64,000 bases of DNA from the human T2T-CHM13v2.0 reference genome, Homo sapiens. The position numbers and the translations under genes are program-made. Shown piece by piece: positions 1 to 14,469 of this stretch. The stretch is from NCBI RefSeq assembly GCF_009914755.1, contig NC_060933.1. One strand, written 5' to 3'. Every line of letters starts with the position of its first letter. Position 1 is the first letter of the stretch. Under the pieces are notes generated by a model, which did not search any database, was not told the DNA's origin, and saw only the letters and a program-made list of their open reading frames with translations.

Positions 1-266
<266 letters not shown>

Positions 267-299
267 CGGTATGTCAACTTTGGTAACTATTTCGTGGGT

Positions 300-1745
<1,446 letters not shown>

Positions 1746-1746
1746 T

Positions 1747-2080
1747 GTTTTTTTGTTTGTTTGTTTGTTTGTTTTTTGATTTTTTTTTTTATTTTGAGAC
1801 AGGGTCTTGCTGTGTGGCCCAGGCTGGAGTGCAGTGGTGCAGTCACGGCCCACTGCAGCCTCATTCTCCTAGGCTCAAGCAGTCCTCCTACTTCAGCTTT
1901 CCAGGTAGCTAGTGATACAGGCATGAGCCACCCTGTGCCCAGCTAATTTTTCTAATTTTTGTAGAGATGGGGTTTTGCCATGTTGCCCACGCTGGTCTCA
2001 AATTCCTGGGCTAAAATGATCCTCCCGTCTTAGCCTCCCAAAGTGCTGGGATTACATGGGTGAGCCACTGTGGCCAGACC
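1747..2080 (-). mobile_element. AluJ with (TTTG)n-converted tail
   Basis: J-type sequence (ggctcaagcagtcctcc). Confidence 0.9.
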
Positions 2081-2489
2081 AGTTGTTGCTTTTTTGTAGG
2101 TGATCTGTTGTTATTTCTTCTGGCTGCTTTTAACAAACATTTTGCTGTCTCAAGCACCTGCTTGTGGTTTTTTGTTTGTTTTTGGTTTTCATTTTGTTTT
2201 GGTTTTGGTTCTGGTTCTTGGAAGAAGATCTTGAATCTGTGGCTTGATTTTTAAAATCAGTTAAGTTTTCAGCTTTTATTTCTTCAGATACTTCTGTATC
2301 ATTTCTTTTCTTCTATCATTTGGGATTCAGATTATAGGTATCCACACCCTTGTTAAGTATACTTTTTTCTATAATTTTTCTAATTCTCACATAGTTTTTT
2401 GTTTTATATAGTTTTTCTTCTTATTTATTTTTGTAAGGTAATGATCAGTTATTTTCTTCCATATGGATACCTCATATACCTTTCTTCCC

Positions 2490-2640
2490 AATCTTTAAAA
2501 CAACCTTGCCAAAATTATTTTTTGCCATTTTTACAGATATTATTCAGAGAGGTTAACGCCCTTGCCCAACTTCACAGAGCAGCCAAGCAATCAGAGCTAA
2601 CATTTGAATCAAAGTCAAATCAATTTAGTATTTCTTGCTC
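2490..2640 (-). mobile_element. MIR fragment
   Basis: ccattttacaga...cagagaggttaa...cttgcccaa core. Confidence 0.7.
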
Positions 2641-3204
2641 TAATTTATTATATGAGGTTATGGTTCCTTTTTTCTGTTTTGCTCACTTGATTTTTGGAGA
2701 TGAGCTGTTATTCAAAATGTTGCATACATTAATGAATTAGTCTGTCTTAAAATAACATTTTTCCATTTCACCTATATTTATTAGATAAATAGAAGTGTAC
2801 AAATTTATGGGCCAAATATTATCCCCCTTAAGGAATTTATTTTCTACATGGAAACAAGAATGTATACAGTTTATTCTGATAGAGGATACGAAGAGATAGT
2901 TTCCATGGTTAGAAACAAATAAGAAGGTAGTGTCTCAAGTGATGGAATTAAGAAAGAATTCATTGGGTAGGTAGAAGTTATGAAAAGAAAAGATGGTAAT
3001 GTGAGGATTTTTGTTTGTTTACAAGAGTGAAAAACAGTTTGTTATTACAAATAAAGAAAATCAGTACTAATATTTCATGTTCTATTTCCCCCAACAAATC
3101 TCTTTGTACATACTTTGTCACTAATTGAATAGTCATGTAAGCAGTGAAATTTTGTACGTCATGATACATTATACACAGTGATTGAAAAAGTCTTTTTTCC
3201 CCAG

Positions 3205-3327
3205 GTTATTTCATTTCTGGCTGCAGTTTTGCATAAAAAGGGAACTCGTGAGGATATTGAAAATAACATGCCAGAGTTTTTACTAAGAAGTATGAAAAAG
3301 GAACCCCTTTCTTCTACAGCAAAAAAG
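3205..3327 (+). CDS. ERCC6L2: ERCC6L2 exon 3 (123 nt, phase 0-0): [13 protein letters not shown]...STAKK
   Basis: ttttttccccag|GTT acceptor, AAG|gtaaaa donor; inside ORF 3178..3396; follows Walker A region of SNF2 ATPases. Confidence 0.95.
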
Positions 3328-4523
3328 GTAAAATCTCTAGACAATGTATATTCTACTCATGATGCTGGTATTACAAAAGCATATAGAAATATTTAAATAT
3401 CACACATTAAAATGTATTGGTATACATTTTAAAACCTAAGAATTTAAAGATGTTATTAAAATATTTGTTTTATAGGCCTAATTTTTGAAAGATTACCAAT
3501 TTTATTCCCAAGTTAAATTTGATTGACTGTCATGGCAAAACAGAATTTCAGCTTGGTTTTGCTTTGAGGTTTTAATCTGTTGGTTGGCTGGATTTACATG
3601 ATTTACTTAGGTTGATTTGTTAAACTTACAGAATGTATATGTAAAGTTAATTGAAACCTTCATTATATTGTTTTTTATTTATGTGAGAATGAAAAGGCGA
3701 TAGTTACAGATATTGGTAACAAAAGTGCGTCATTGACTTATTTCAAGTTGCCTAGCTAATTGCATCCAAAAAATATGAAATAAGTTCTACCAATATAGGA
3801 AAGTTGGAATCAGAAAGACTAGGTAGGTCTGTGCTTATTTCTCTTTCTGCCCATATGACTGAATGCTATTCATATCCATACTTCAGTTTTCTTCTTCATA
3901 AACGTATGTTTATAAATACGTTATATATGATTCTTACAAAAAAGATTTCTAATAAAGCAATGAAATATAAAAAAGTATATTATACTTACATGTCTTTTAA
4001 AAAATATTATCCTCAGCCTCCAGGAAACCAGATAAGAATAAAAATGAAGTGATTTTATGAAATCTTTTATTATATTTGGTAATGAGCTACTTACAGCAAG
4101 TTTTAAAACAGACTCTTTTATACAAGTCTTATGTACAAGATTGCTGAGAAGTCCAAGTTTACTCTTGTCTATCATAAAGACCATTTCAATGCAAACTTTT
4201 CAGAACTACTGGCTTAAGATATAATTGCTATCATTTTAAATTCTCTTTATTTTTCAGTAGAATAAATGCATCCTGAGTATCAGATTCAATGTGATCCTGA
4301 AGAGAATAATGGTTCTTAATGTATTTTAAGTATTCAATAGCTCAAGTACTGTTTTTAGCTCTGGATTCAGTTGTTCCCTGGTTCTAAATGTCACCACAGA
4401 GCCTATATATATCTCTTTTATGCCACTGTGACAGCAGATAGAAGAGAGAACAAAGAAGGAAAAGTAATATTTTAAATATATTAAAATACTTAAAGATATT
4501 TAAAATATTATAGAACAAGAATG

Positions 4524-4813
4524 GGCCAGGCGCAGTGATTCATGCCTGTAATCCCAGTACTTTGGGAGGCCAAGGAAGGCGAATTGCTTGAGCCCAGGAG
4601 TTAAAGACCAGCTTGGGCAACATGTCAAAACCTCTTCCCTACTAAAAATACAGAAAATTAGTCAGGTGTGGTGGTGTGTGCCAGTAGTCCCAGGTACTTC
4701 GGAGGCTGAAGTGGGAGGATCACTTGAGCCTGGGGAGGTTGAGGCTGCGGTGAGCCATGTTTGCACCACTGCACTCCAGCCAGGGCAATAAAGTGAGACC
4801 CCTGTCTCAAAAA
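4524..4813 (+). mobile_element. AluJ
   Basis: Full dimer; TSD agaacaagaatg at 4512 and 4814. Confidence 0.93.
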
Positions 4814-4946
4814 AGAACAAGAATGAAAGAAAAGAAAGTTAACAAAGATACTCATTTGATAATGTGGTAAAATATGCTTATAATAGTTACCTCAGTTGAC
4901 TCCAGTTCCTCTCCTTCCTTCTTTCCTTTCTTTCTTTTTTTCTCTT

Positions 4947-4947
<1 letters not shown>

Positions 4948-4995
<48 letters not shown>

Positions 4996-5033
4996 ATGCA
5001 TATGCGATGTATCATATCACACACACACATATA
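4948..5033. repeat. Compound (TA)n(TG)n...(CA)n microsatellite
   Basis: Directly visible. Confidence 0.92.
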
Positions 5034-5341
5034 CAGTTGTCCCTTGGTATCCATGTGGGATTGGTTCCAGGACCTCTCTTGGGTACCAAAATGTGTGGAT
5101 TCTCAAGTCCTTGATATAAAATAGTGTATTTGCATATAACCTGTTATCCTCCCATATACTTTAAATCATCTGTAGTTTACTTAGTGCAATGTAAAGTCTA
5201 CATAAATAGCTTTTATATTGTATTGTTTAGGAAATAATGACAAGGTCTGCGTACATGTTTAGTGCAGATGGAATTTTTTAGTATTTCAATTTGTAGTTAG
5301 TTGAATCCACTGATATGAAACCCACAGATATGGAGGAACTG
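5034..5341 (+). mobile_element. MER2 (TcMar-Tigger MITE)
   Basis: cagttgtcccttggtatcc...ggttccaggacc start, ...gatatggaggaactg end, TA on both sides. Confidence 0.85.
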
Positions 5342-5459
5342 TAAATTCCTTGCTATAATGTACATTGCTATTTACCTTCTTCAGTTGATTTCTTAATTTA
5401 TTTATTTTCAGTCTTTTTGTATTCTAATAAATTACCTTAAAGCTATAAGTGTTCCTTTG

Positions 5460-5784
<325 letters not shown>

Positions 5785-6282
5785 CTATAGTTTTTAATAT
5801 GTAGTTTTTTCGTTAGTCTTTTCTAAATTATCTGTGGCCCTAATTTTTATTCTCTTTTACCCAAGTACTATTTGAAAGAGAAATTAAAAAATTTCCAAGT
5901 GAATAGCTATTGTTGGGGCTCAGGATGATGGGAGGGCTGAACCCTTTTTGACAATTCTAGTTTTGTTGCATCAGATAACAGCCTTGATATTTTTTTCTTT
6001 GTGATTACATCCATGGATCAGTTTTTATGCTTTGATGTAGTGCATTGTGTAGTCTCTGTTGTTTTAAAATGTTGCTTATATTGTGCATTCTTTGTAATCA
6101 TGGTCACATGGTTTTATATATTTCTATTTAATCATGTTTGTTAATTGCATTGTTAAAATGTTTAATAGTGTTATTTTCTTCTTGTCTGAACAGTTGGATC
6201 TGGAAAGAAAAATGTTAAATTTTTTTATTTCTCTTTGTGTTCATACCAACTTTTTCTTAACGTCTTCAGTTAATTCTTCAGA

Positions 6283-6445
6283 GGCCAGGTGTGGTGGCTT
6301 GTGCCTGTAGTCCCAGCTACTCAGGAGGCTGAGGTAGTAGGATCACTTGAGCTCAGGAGGTTGAGGCTGCAGTGAGCCATGACTGTGCCACTGCACTCCA
6401 GCTTGGGTGACAGAGTGGTACTCTGTCTCAGAAAAAAAAAAAAAA
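6283..6445 (+). mobile_element. Free Alu monomer (FRAM/FAM-like)
   Basis: Single right-arm-type monomer with A-tail; TSD aattcttcag. Confidence 0.85.
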
Positions 6446-7849
6446 ATTCTTCAGTAAATTTTATGTGTTTGTATATTGCTCTCACACTTGATTATCCATA
6501 GGCTTATCTGCCTATGGAATTTTAAGTTCAAAATTTTCTTTTATAATGACAAAACATCTTCTGTCACTCCATATTGCAGATGAGAGTTCAATGTCAACCC
6601 GATTTTTTTCCTTGGAAAGGATTTTTTTTTTAATTGTTTGGAAGTATTAAGGACTTTTTTAATTGATGAAATTCGGAAATTTCCATGAGCCCTAACACTC
6701 ACCATAGAATTCTTCCAAATAAGTTTTGCTTTAGAAAATATATATACAGTGCTTTATGCAGGGAAAGTTGCATACTGATGCTAGAATCAGTTTCTTTGAT
6801 GACTGGTGTAACTTTTCCTTCTTAAAATTACTTGGCCATTATTTTTCTTGACTTAGTCTTTCCAACTACCTTAGCTGTTTTGTTGAGTTTTGTTTTGCTT
6901 GTTGTTGTTTTTAGGTTCCTTCTAGGAAAAGTAAATTTTTTAGCGGGGGAGGGCAGGGGGAGTTTTTGCTTTCAGAGGTGTAGGGCGGATTGCTCAGTTC
7001 TTCAGGTGTGCCAGTTCTCATCTGCTCCTGCACTGTTCTGACCTGCTGGTACTGCCCTTCCAGGCATTCTGCCACTATTATGGATTTATTATGTTTGTTC
7101 TTTTGTTTCATTGGCATCAATACAAACGTGTTGAGTTAGTCATTTGAACTGGAATTTAGAGTTTTTAATGGCATCACCAGTGACATTCTACAGTATTTCC
7201 CAGAAGTAAATACAAACAAAAATTATAACTTTGAAAGTTTTAAAAGATAAATTTGTATTGGTTCATTTAAAACAATGTATGTTTTAAAAAGACAGTTTAT
7301 GAAATGGAGAAGAAATCATTTCTTTTGTATTTATTATGCTAATGCCAGAATTACAATTGAATTCTGAAAAATTAATGTTGAAGCTTGTTGAAGAAAGCCC
7401 TTTAATGAACTGAATGTTACAAATTAAGGAGTGGTGGGTCTAAGGTATGTGTGTGTGATACGATACATCTCATATACATTTAAAAACTTTTCAAGTGTGA
7501 ATAAATCATCTAAGAATGCATGAATGTTTTGTGCCAAGAATAAATTCTTAAAGGAAAAGACACAAGCTCTACATTTTAAACATTGATTTTTGGAATGGTT
7601 CTTTAGATGTAGGCTAAGTTTTGATTGAAATTCAATTTTTATGAATCATAATAAATTTATTATAAAATATTACTATCTTGCATGATGAAGCTTTAGAGAT
7701 TCTAAGTAAAATTCATAATTAATGCAAAAGAGGAGGATTTTTGTAGCAATCACAACACCAGCATCGGAAGCAATTTCAATGACAATTTAACAAAAATATT
7801 TTATAATTATTTTATTTACTATACACTATTTTTTTAGTTCTTCATATGT

Positions 7850-8850
7850 ACCAAGAGGATTATGTTGCACATGATGCTACCGTGAGCATCCTTATGCACA
7901 ACTTTTGCAATAATAACTGTAGGATAAATTCTTAGTACTGGAATTGGATAGCAGGTAGAGCTGGATTTAGGGGATTACTTTTTGATAACTGGAGTTAAAT
8001 TACCCCATATCCCCACAAGTGATGTATAAGAATGTCTGTTTCCACCTTTTCGTTTGCACTAGGTATTAGCAAACATAAATTTATGACTACCTGAGAGATT
8101 TAAAATTTTTATCTTGCTTTGATTTACATTTCTTAATGAGTGAAGCTGTAGCATTTCAGATGTTTAAAAGCTATTTTTAAATCTAATTCTCGTTTTTAAT
8201 CATAGTCCTTGATTAATAGTCCTTAACGATATATCCTGGAATCTAATTTTTTGTTCATTATATATTTTGAAAATATTTCTTCCCCATGTAGAGTCAGCTT
8301 TGAATTATTTATTGATTTTTTAAAAATGTTTATGTGGTTACATGTATTGGTCTGTATAGTTTCTGGGTTTTATGTTTGCCTAGAAAAGCCTTTTGTACTC
8401 TAAATTTATAAATACATTCATTCATGGTTCTTTTATAATATGTGTGATTTTATTTTATACCTTTATATCTTTGTTTCAGCTAGAATTTATTTTGCTGTAG
8501 GTGTCTAGTAATCCAATTTTATTTTCCTCAGTTGGTTAACCAGTTATCTTAATGTCATTTGTTGAGTAAGCCTGCTTTTCCACAGTGATTTGAAGGGCCA
8601 CTTTGGTGTAAAATTAAACTCATTTCTATTTCTAGACGTATTATTCTGTCCTAATTATTTGTTCATTTCTCTTCCAGTGCTAAACAGTTTTAGTTATTTT
8701 AGCTTTATAATGTAATTTATTATTTGGTAGTTACTCCTCAAGTTTTCTCAACTTATGAAAAATAAATTTTCTCAAATTTCTCCTCAAAACCTATTGATAT
8801 ATTAGTTGATGTTGTGTTGAATTTATAGTTAACTTTGCTTGTCATTTCCA
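7850..8850 (-). mobile_element. Degraded old L1 (L1ME-like) ORF2/3' remnant
   Basis: Antisense L1-like phrases; boundaries approximate. Confidence 0.5.
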
Positions 8851-9819
8851 TTCTTATATTTCTTATTTACTTCTCTTTTTTAATTGCAAGAGTTGATATT
8901 TATTGATCTGGTTTGTAACTTTCTGTTTTGATAGAATATCAAGTTTTGGCATAATGCCAAACTTTAATACTTCATATAGTACTTAGAAGGTGTTCAATTG
9001 ATGAATGAATTAATAATTGAAGCCATACATGTCAGTGCTAAGTTAGGACTAATAATGTATGTTCAGAGGACAGTGACAGTAGAGTTGAAACAAAGGTTTC
9101 ACATGGGAAGAAGTGTGATATCAAAATGAAAAATAAATTATAACTTTACAGAAAAATTACAGAATGTAAAATTGGAATCTTTGCTAGAAAACTCAAAGTA
9201 CTAAAAAAAAAGTTTTCGTATTTATCTCTACAATCTTAACTCTCTCAAAAATACCCAACATAGGTAATTAATTTATTTAATGCCAAAACTTGATATTCTG
9301 TCAAAAATTAGGCTGTTTTTATACAAAGGACTTGGAAGAGCCCCTGACTACAGTGGATTCTAAACTGAAATTTCTGTATATGAAATAACTGCAGCATACT
9401 GAAGGAGAAAATGATCAGCTATACACACAGTAGGGTGTAAATTAATTATGTTAGGTATTTTTGAGAGAGTTAAGGTTGTGGCGATAAATACAAGGCTTTT
9501 TTTAGACCTTTGAGTTTTCTAGCAAAGATTCCAATTTTATGTTCCGTAATTTTTCTGTAAAGGTATAATTTATTTTTCATTTTGATATCACACTTCTTTC
9601 CACGTGGAACCTTTGTTTCAACTCTACTGTAATCTCACTGTCCTCTGAACATATATTATTATTCCGAACTTAGCATTGACATGTATGGTTTCATGTATTC
9701 ATTCATCAATTGAATACCTTCTATTTTCTAGGTACTATATGAAGTACTGAAGTTAAGGTAAATAAAGTTACACATCTCAAGGACGTAGACTTTTTGATTG
9801 AAGGTGCTAACAGGATATG

Positions 9820-10025
9820 TCATGGTAGTTAAGAGTTTTAGAATTAGGCAGACCTGGGTTCAAATACTTACTTTGCTACTTAATAGCAGTATGACCTTGA
9901 GTGTGTTGCTTAATATCTCTGTACCTCAGTTTCCTCATCTGTGTTTCTGGGTAAAGTCCCTGAATTAATTTCTGTAAACTACTTCTAAAGGCCTTGGCAC
10001 ACAGTAAGTGCTCAATAATTGTTAT
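9820..10025 (+). mobile_element. MIR
   Basis: cagacctgggttcaaat...tgaccttgag...cctcagtttcctcatctg core. Confidence 0.85.
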
Positions 10026-10349
10026 GTTATTATTAATACTATTACTACTTCTGCCACAAAAATTGTCACGTTAATCTTTGAGTATCTCATCACAGTCCAC
10101 ACTACATCATTCTTCTATGCCGTGGTTCCTGAGGAATCAGATTTGATAGAAAACTCCTTAATAATTGAGCAAGATTTATTGAAAGATATAAATAATTCAG
10201 TATTCTCTAGTTGCATTATTTAACCTAGCTTCTGTTAATTTTAATAATACGTAAGCAAATGAATTTTAATTTTATTTGTGTTAATTTTATATTCAGTTTT
10301 ATAAAATTGTATTTTAGCTTCAGAATAAGAATTATCACCCTTCCCCCAT

Positions 10350-10438
10350 GTCTACAGCAATACCACTCTGAACACACCACATCTCGTCTGATCTTGGAAG
10401 CTAAGCAGGGTCGGACCTGGTTAGTACTTGGATTAGAG
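10350..10438 (+). pseudogene. 3'-truncated 5S rRNA pseudogene (RNA5SP type)
   Basis: gtctacagcaataccactctgaac...gatcttggaagctaagcagggtcggacctggttagtacttgga matches about nt 1-89 of 5S rRNA, with CpG decay. Confidence 0.93.
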
Positions 10439-12422
10439 GAATAGCTCCCAGAGTTGCTTTGTGTGTAGTGACTTAGCAGTTGGACACTGCTTTCCATTTT
10501 ATTATTTTGGCATCATTTGCTTAAAAAAGACTTATTAAATGAAATATTATTTATTGGATTGTAGGAAATGCTAAGTTCTTATGTACTTTCCCTGGACTCT
10601 GCATAATAGCATAACTCAGTTCTCTGACATCTTTCACTACCAAAATGAATTTTTGAACCATTATTTCACCTTTCATAATTTTGAAGACCAATGTTTGTAA
10701 GAAATATCAAGAATTATGTTGCCACCTTAATTTTTAAACATCTTCTGGAATCTTAGGGCTGATGCCAGGACTCTTTAGATTCATTGGCACCTTTGATGAA
10801 TGGCCTCTCAAGTGGAAAACTACTAAGACTGCTCAGATGCAATTTGCACCTAGCATTGTCATCTCGTAATATACAAAAAAATCAAAGGGAGACACTGTAA
10901 TTGGACTTAGTAATTGGAGGCCTAATTTCATATTTGAAAGTTAAAAATGGAAATCATAGGATTAACCTTCACCCAAAGGACGGACATACTTGAGATGAAT
11001 CAAGTATAAGAAGTACTTACATATGCTTGATGATGGCTTGGGAAAAAGGAACTCTCACGTTCAGCATGTTGATTTTCTTTCGTTTTCTTCTTTCTCTTTC
11101 CAAAACACAGTCACAAATTTGACTTTTTAGAGTTGACAAATGGCCTAGGTTAAATGTTTCACAGAAAACAGAGCAGAATTTAGAGCAGTATTGTATTATT
11201 TCTTGGTTAAACTGAATTTTTTCAGTATGTTTAATTGGTTCATCTCTATCAAGTAGATCAAGTATAAAACTTGAGAAAATAATCGTACTGGTAACCCTAT
11301 TAAACTTAACAGGATAGGAATAGTGGTAACAGGGAGAAATAAAAACATTAAAAAGTTAAAATGGTTGATGACAGCAGGATTCTGGGTTAGTACAGGAAAG
11401 GTACATGAATGTGAGGAATAACCAGAGAGTTATGTTGGTAATCCTCAGAGGGACTGATTTGGTAGGCATTATTAGGGCACAAGTCCCATTTACCTGAGTT
11501 TCAAGAGAGAGCAGGAGGAGAGTTAAGCACTGATAACTCTTGATCTTTGCTATAGGGAGAGTAGAGTAATGAGGTAATAGAGATAGATGTTGGGTTAAGG
11601 AAAAGAAGTTTTAAAAAATTTTTGTTTTTCGGATTTTTTTAACCCTGGGAAATATTCTAACATGCTTGTCCATAGGTGATGTGGTTCATTAAAATGGAAA
11701 AGTTAATCAGGTAGGGGAGATTGGGGGCAGTTTCTGCAGCATTGACTTTAGGTTGGCAAGAAGGAATGGGAGCCACTGTATGAGGGGTTTTTTTGGAGAA
11801 GAACATGAGCAGCGTACCCATGGCAACAGGTGGGAGGGCAAAATATATGGAAATGAATATAGATAGGTTATTGATAGGATACTGAGAGAAGTTCATCCAG
11901 GAAGTTTTCTTCTGATTGCTTCAATTTTCCAGTGAATTTTCCAGTTCTTTAACTGAGAGTATCTGAAAGAGGGGGAGCGGAAATGGGCTAGGAAAATGCA
12001 GAAGGAAAGAGAGCTCCAGGAGACCATATATTTCAAGAACACGTGGCCTGCTTGTGTATGTACATTACCCACTTGGCCTTTGAAGCTATTACTGGGATCC
12101 AGATTTTATTCTTTTCTCTCTTTTGGAAAGTTACTTCTCTCTCATTTCTCAGTGCCTTTTTGGTAGGGGGAAATAAAAAACACGTGTTTCTTTGAGCAAG
12201 GTTAGGTGTCTGTCTTGTCCTGATAAAAAGCTAATTAAACAGCAAATTATTTTTTGAGAATCTTCAATGTCCAGATATAGCTAATCACTCAGTTGTATTT
12301 ATTGTTACTAACTAGATGTCAAAATTAAGGAAGAGGACTATTGATATTGATATTGTGGATTTCACTTTGGGATTCTTTTTCAGTTTTTAAAAAACAGCAA
12401 AATTTTTTTATTCTTGTTTTAG

Positions 12423-12856
<434 letters not shown>

Positions 12857-13169
12857 TGATTTTTTAAAAAGGAATAATGATGATTCCTTTGCTTGATTTA
12901 ATTTCATTTTAGAATTATTGAAATATTTAGTTCATAATAACTTACTCTCTGAGAAGGAAAAACCTGCATCAGGTTTTCTAGAACTTCTTATTCTATTTCT
13001 TACATTGAATACAGGATACTTCTTCAAACACTGATTGTTAAAGAATGATAAGACTTGTCCTAAATCTCATGTACAGCCTTTTATGCAGACACTGCCTCTG
13101 AACTAGGTCAGTAATTTTCATGAATTATTTCAATTATGGGAGTCTGTTGTGAATATAGAGGGGCAAAAA

Positions 13170-13171
<2 letters not shown>

Positions 13172-13239
<68 letters not shown>

Positions 13240-13251
13240 CCACACACCCAC
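13172..13251. repeat. (CA)n microsatellite, about 80 bp, interrupted
   Basis: Directly visible. Confidence 0.97.
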
Positions 13252-13510
13252 TGTAGCATAGAGTGTGAGGGAGAAGTGGCCAAGAGGTAACACCAGTGAG
13301 ATAAGCAGGGAAAAGATTATAGAGAGTATTGGAAGGTACTTTGAGGATTTTGATCTTTATCCTGAGAGCAATAGAGTGCCCCCTACAGTGTTGTCAGCAG
13401 ATTACCGATAGGATAAAAATGATCAGATTTGCACTTTGTAAATACCTTAGCTTCTGTGTGTGCAGATAAAGGAGAGCCAAGCTGAATGGAGAAGGACCAA
13501 TTAAGAGGCT

Positions 13511-13933
13511 TGTTATGTGCTGAATTGTGTCGCTTCTCCTCAACCCCCATTCCACAATTTAAATGTTCAGGTCTCAACCCCAGCACCTCAGAATGTAACT
13601 GTGTTTAGAGACAGGTCTCTTTGATTAAGTTTTAAAGAGGTGATTAAAACCGAGGCTGATTGGGTGGGGCCTGGGTCCAGTATGACTGGTATCCTTATAG
13701 GAAGAGAAAGAGATACCAAGGACACACACACACCACAGAGGAAGGGACTTGTGAGGACACAGCAAGAAGGCAGTCATCTGCAAGCCAAGGGGAGAGGCTT
13801 CAGGAGAAACCAAATTTGCTGACACCTTGCTCTTGAAATTCGAGCTTCCAGGATTGTGAGGAAATAAATTTTGGTTGTTTTAAGCCATCCAGTGTGTGGT
13901 ATTTTATTTTGGTAGCCCTAGCAAACCAATACA
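13511..13933 (+). mobile_element. MLT1-family (MaLR) solo LTR inserted in an L2 remnant
   Basis: TG...CA ends (tgttatgtgctgaattgtgtc ... gcaaaccaataca); exact 5-bp TSD aggct. Confidence 0.88.
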
Positions 13934-14469
13934 AGGCTTTTATAGTAATGTGGTCACGGGACCATGGTAGTGAGGTCTGAAGTCTTCATAGTTGTTCCAG
14001 CAGTAGGCTGGGCCTTGGTAAAATCATTAGTTTCCATCTGCTTGTAGCCTAGATTTGTCTCTACAGGGATACAATTTATACCTTTTAGGTGAAGATTAAA
14101 GCATGGCATTAGAAACAGTTATCTAGTAAGTCTTTAAAATGTTTAGACATTATAGTTATACTCAATTTGAACTACTGCTAATGAAGGAGTTAATGATATT
14201 CCCCCAAAGTCAACCGAAGTTTAGAAAATTGGTAATTTTTTTAAGGTGATACTTTCACATCAGCATTAAAATGATTTAGCATAGGATGAAAATGATGAAC
14301 AATTGATAGTTGTCTCAAATTTTATGAGCACACAAAAAAGAGAGTAAAAAAATCACTAATTAGCCATGTGGCTTTGGGTAAATTAGCCCATCTGGAAAAT
14401 GACAGAGGATGAATTAAATCAGTCTTTGTGAAAACTAGCCCCTCAAGCCCAGCTGGAGAGTTGTATTAA

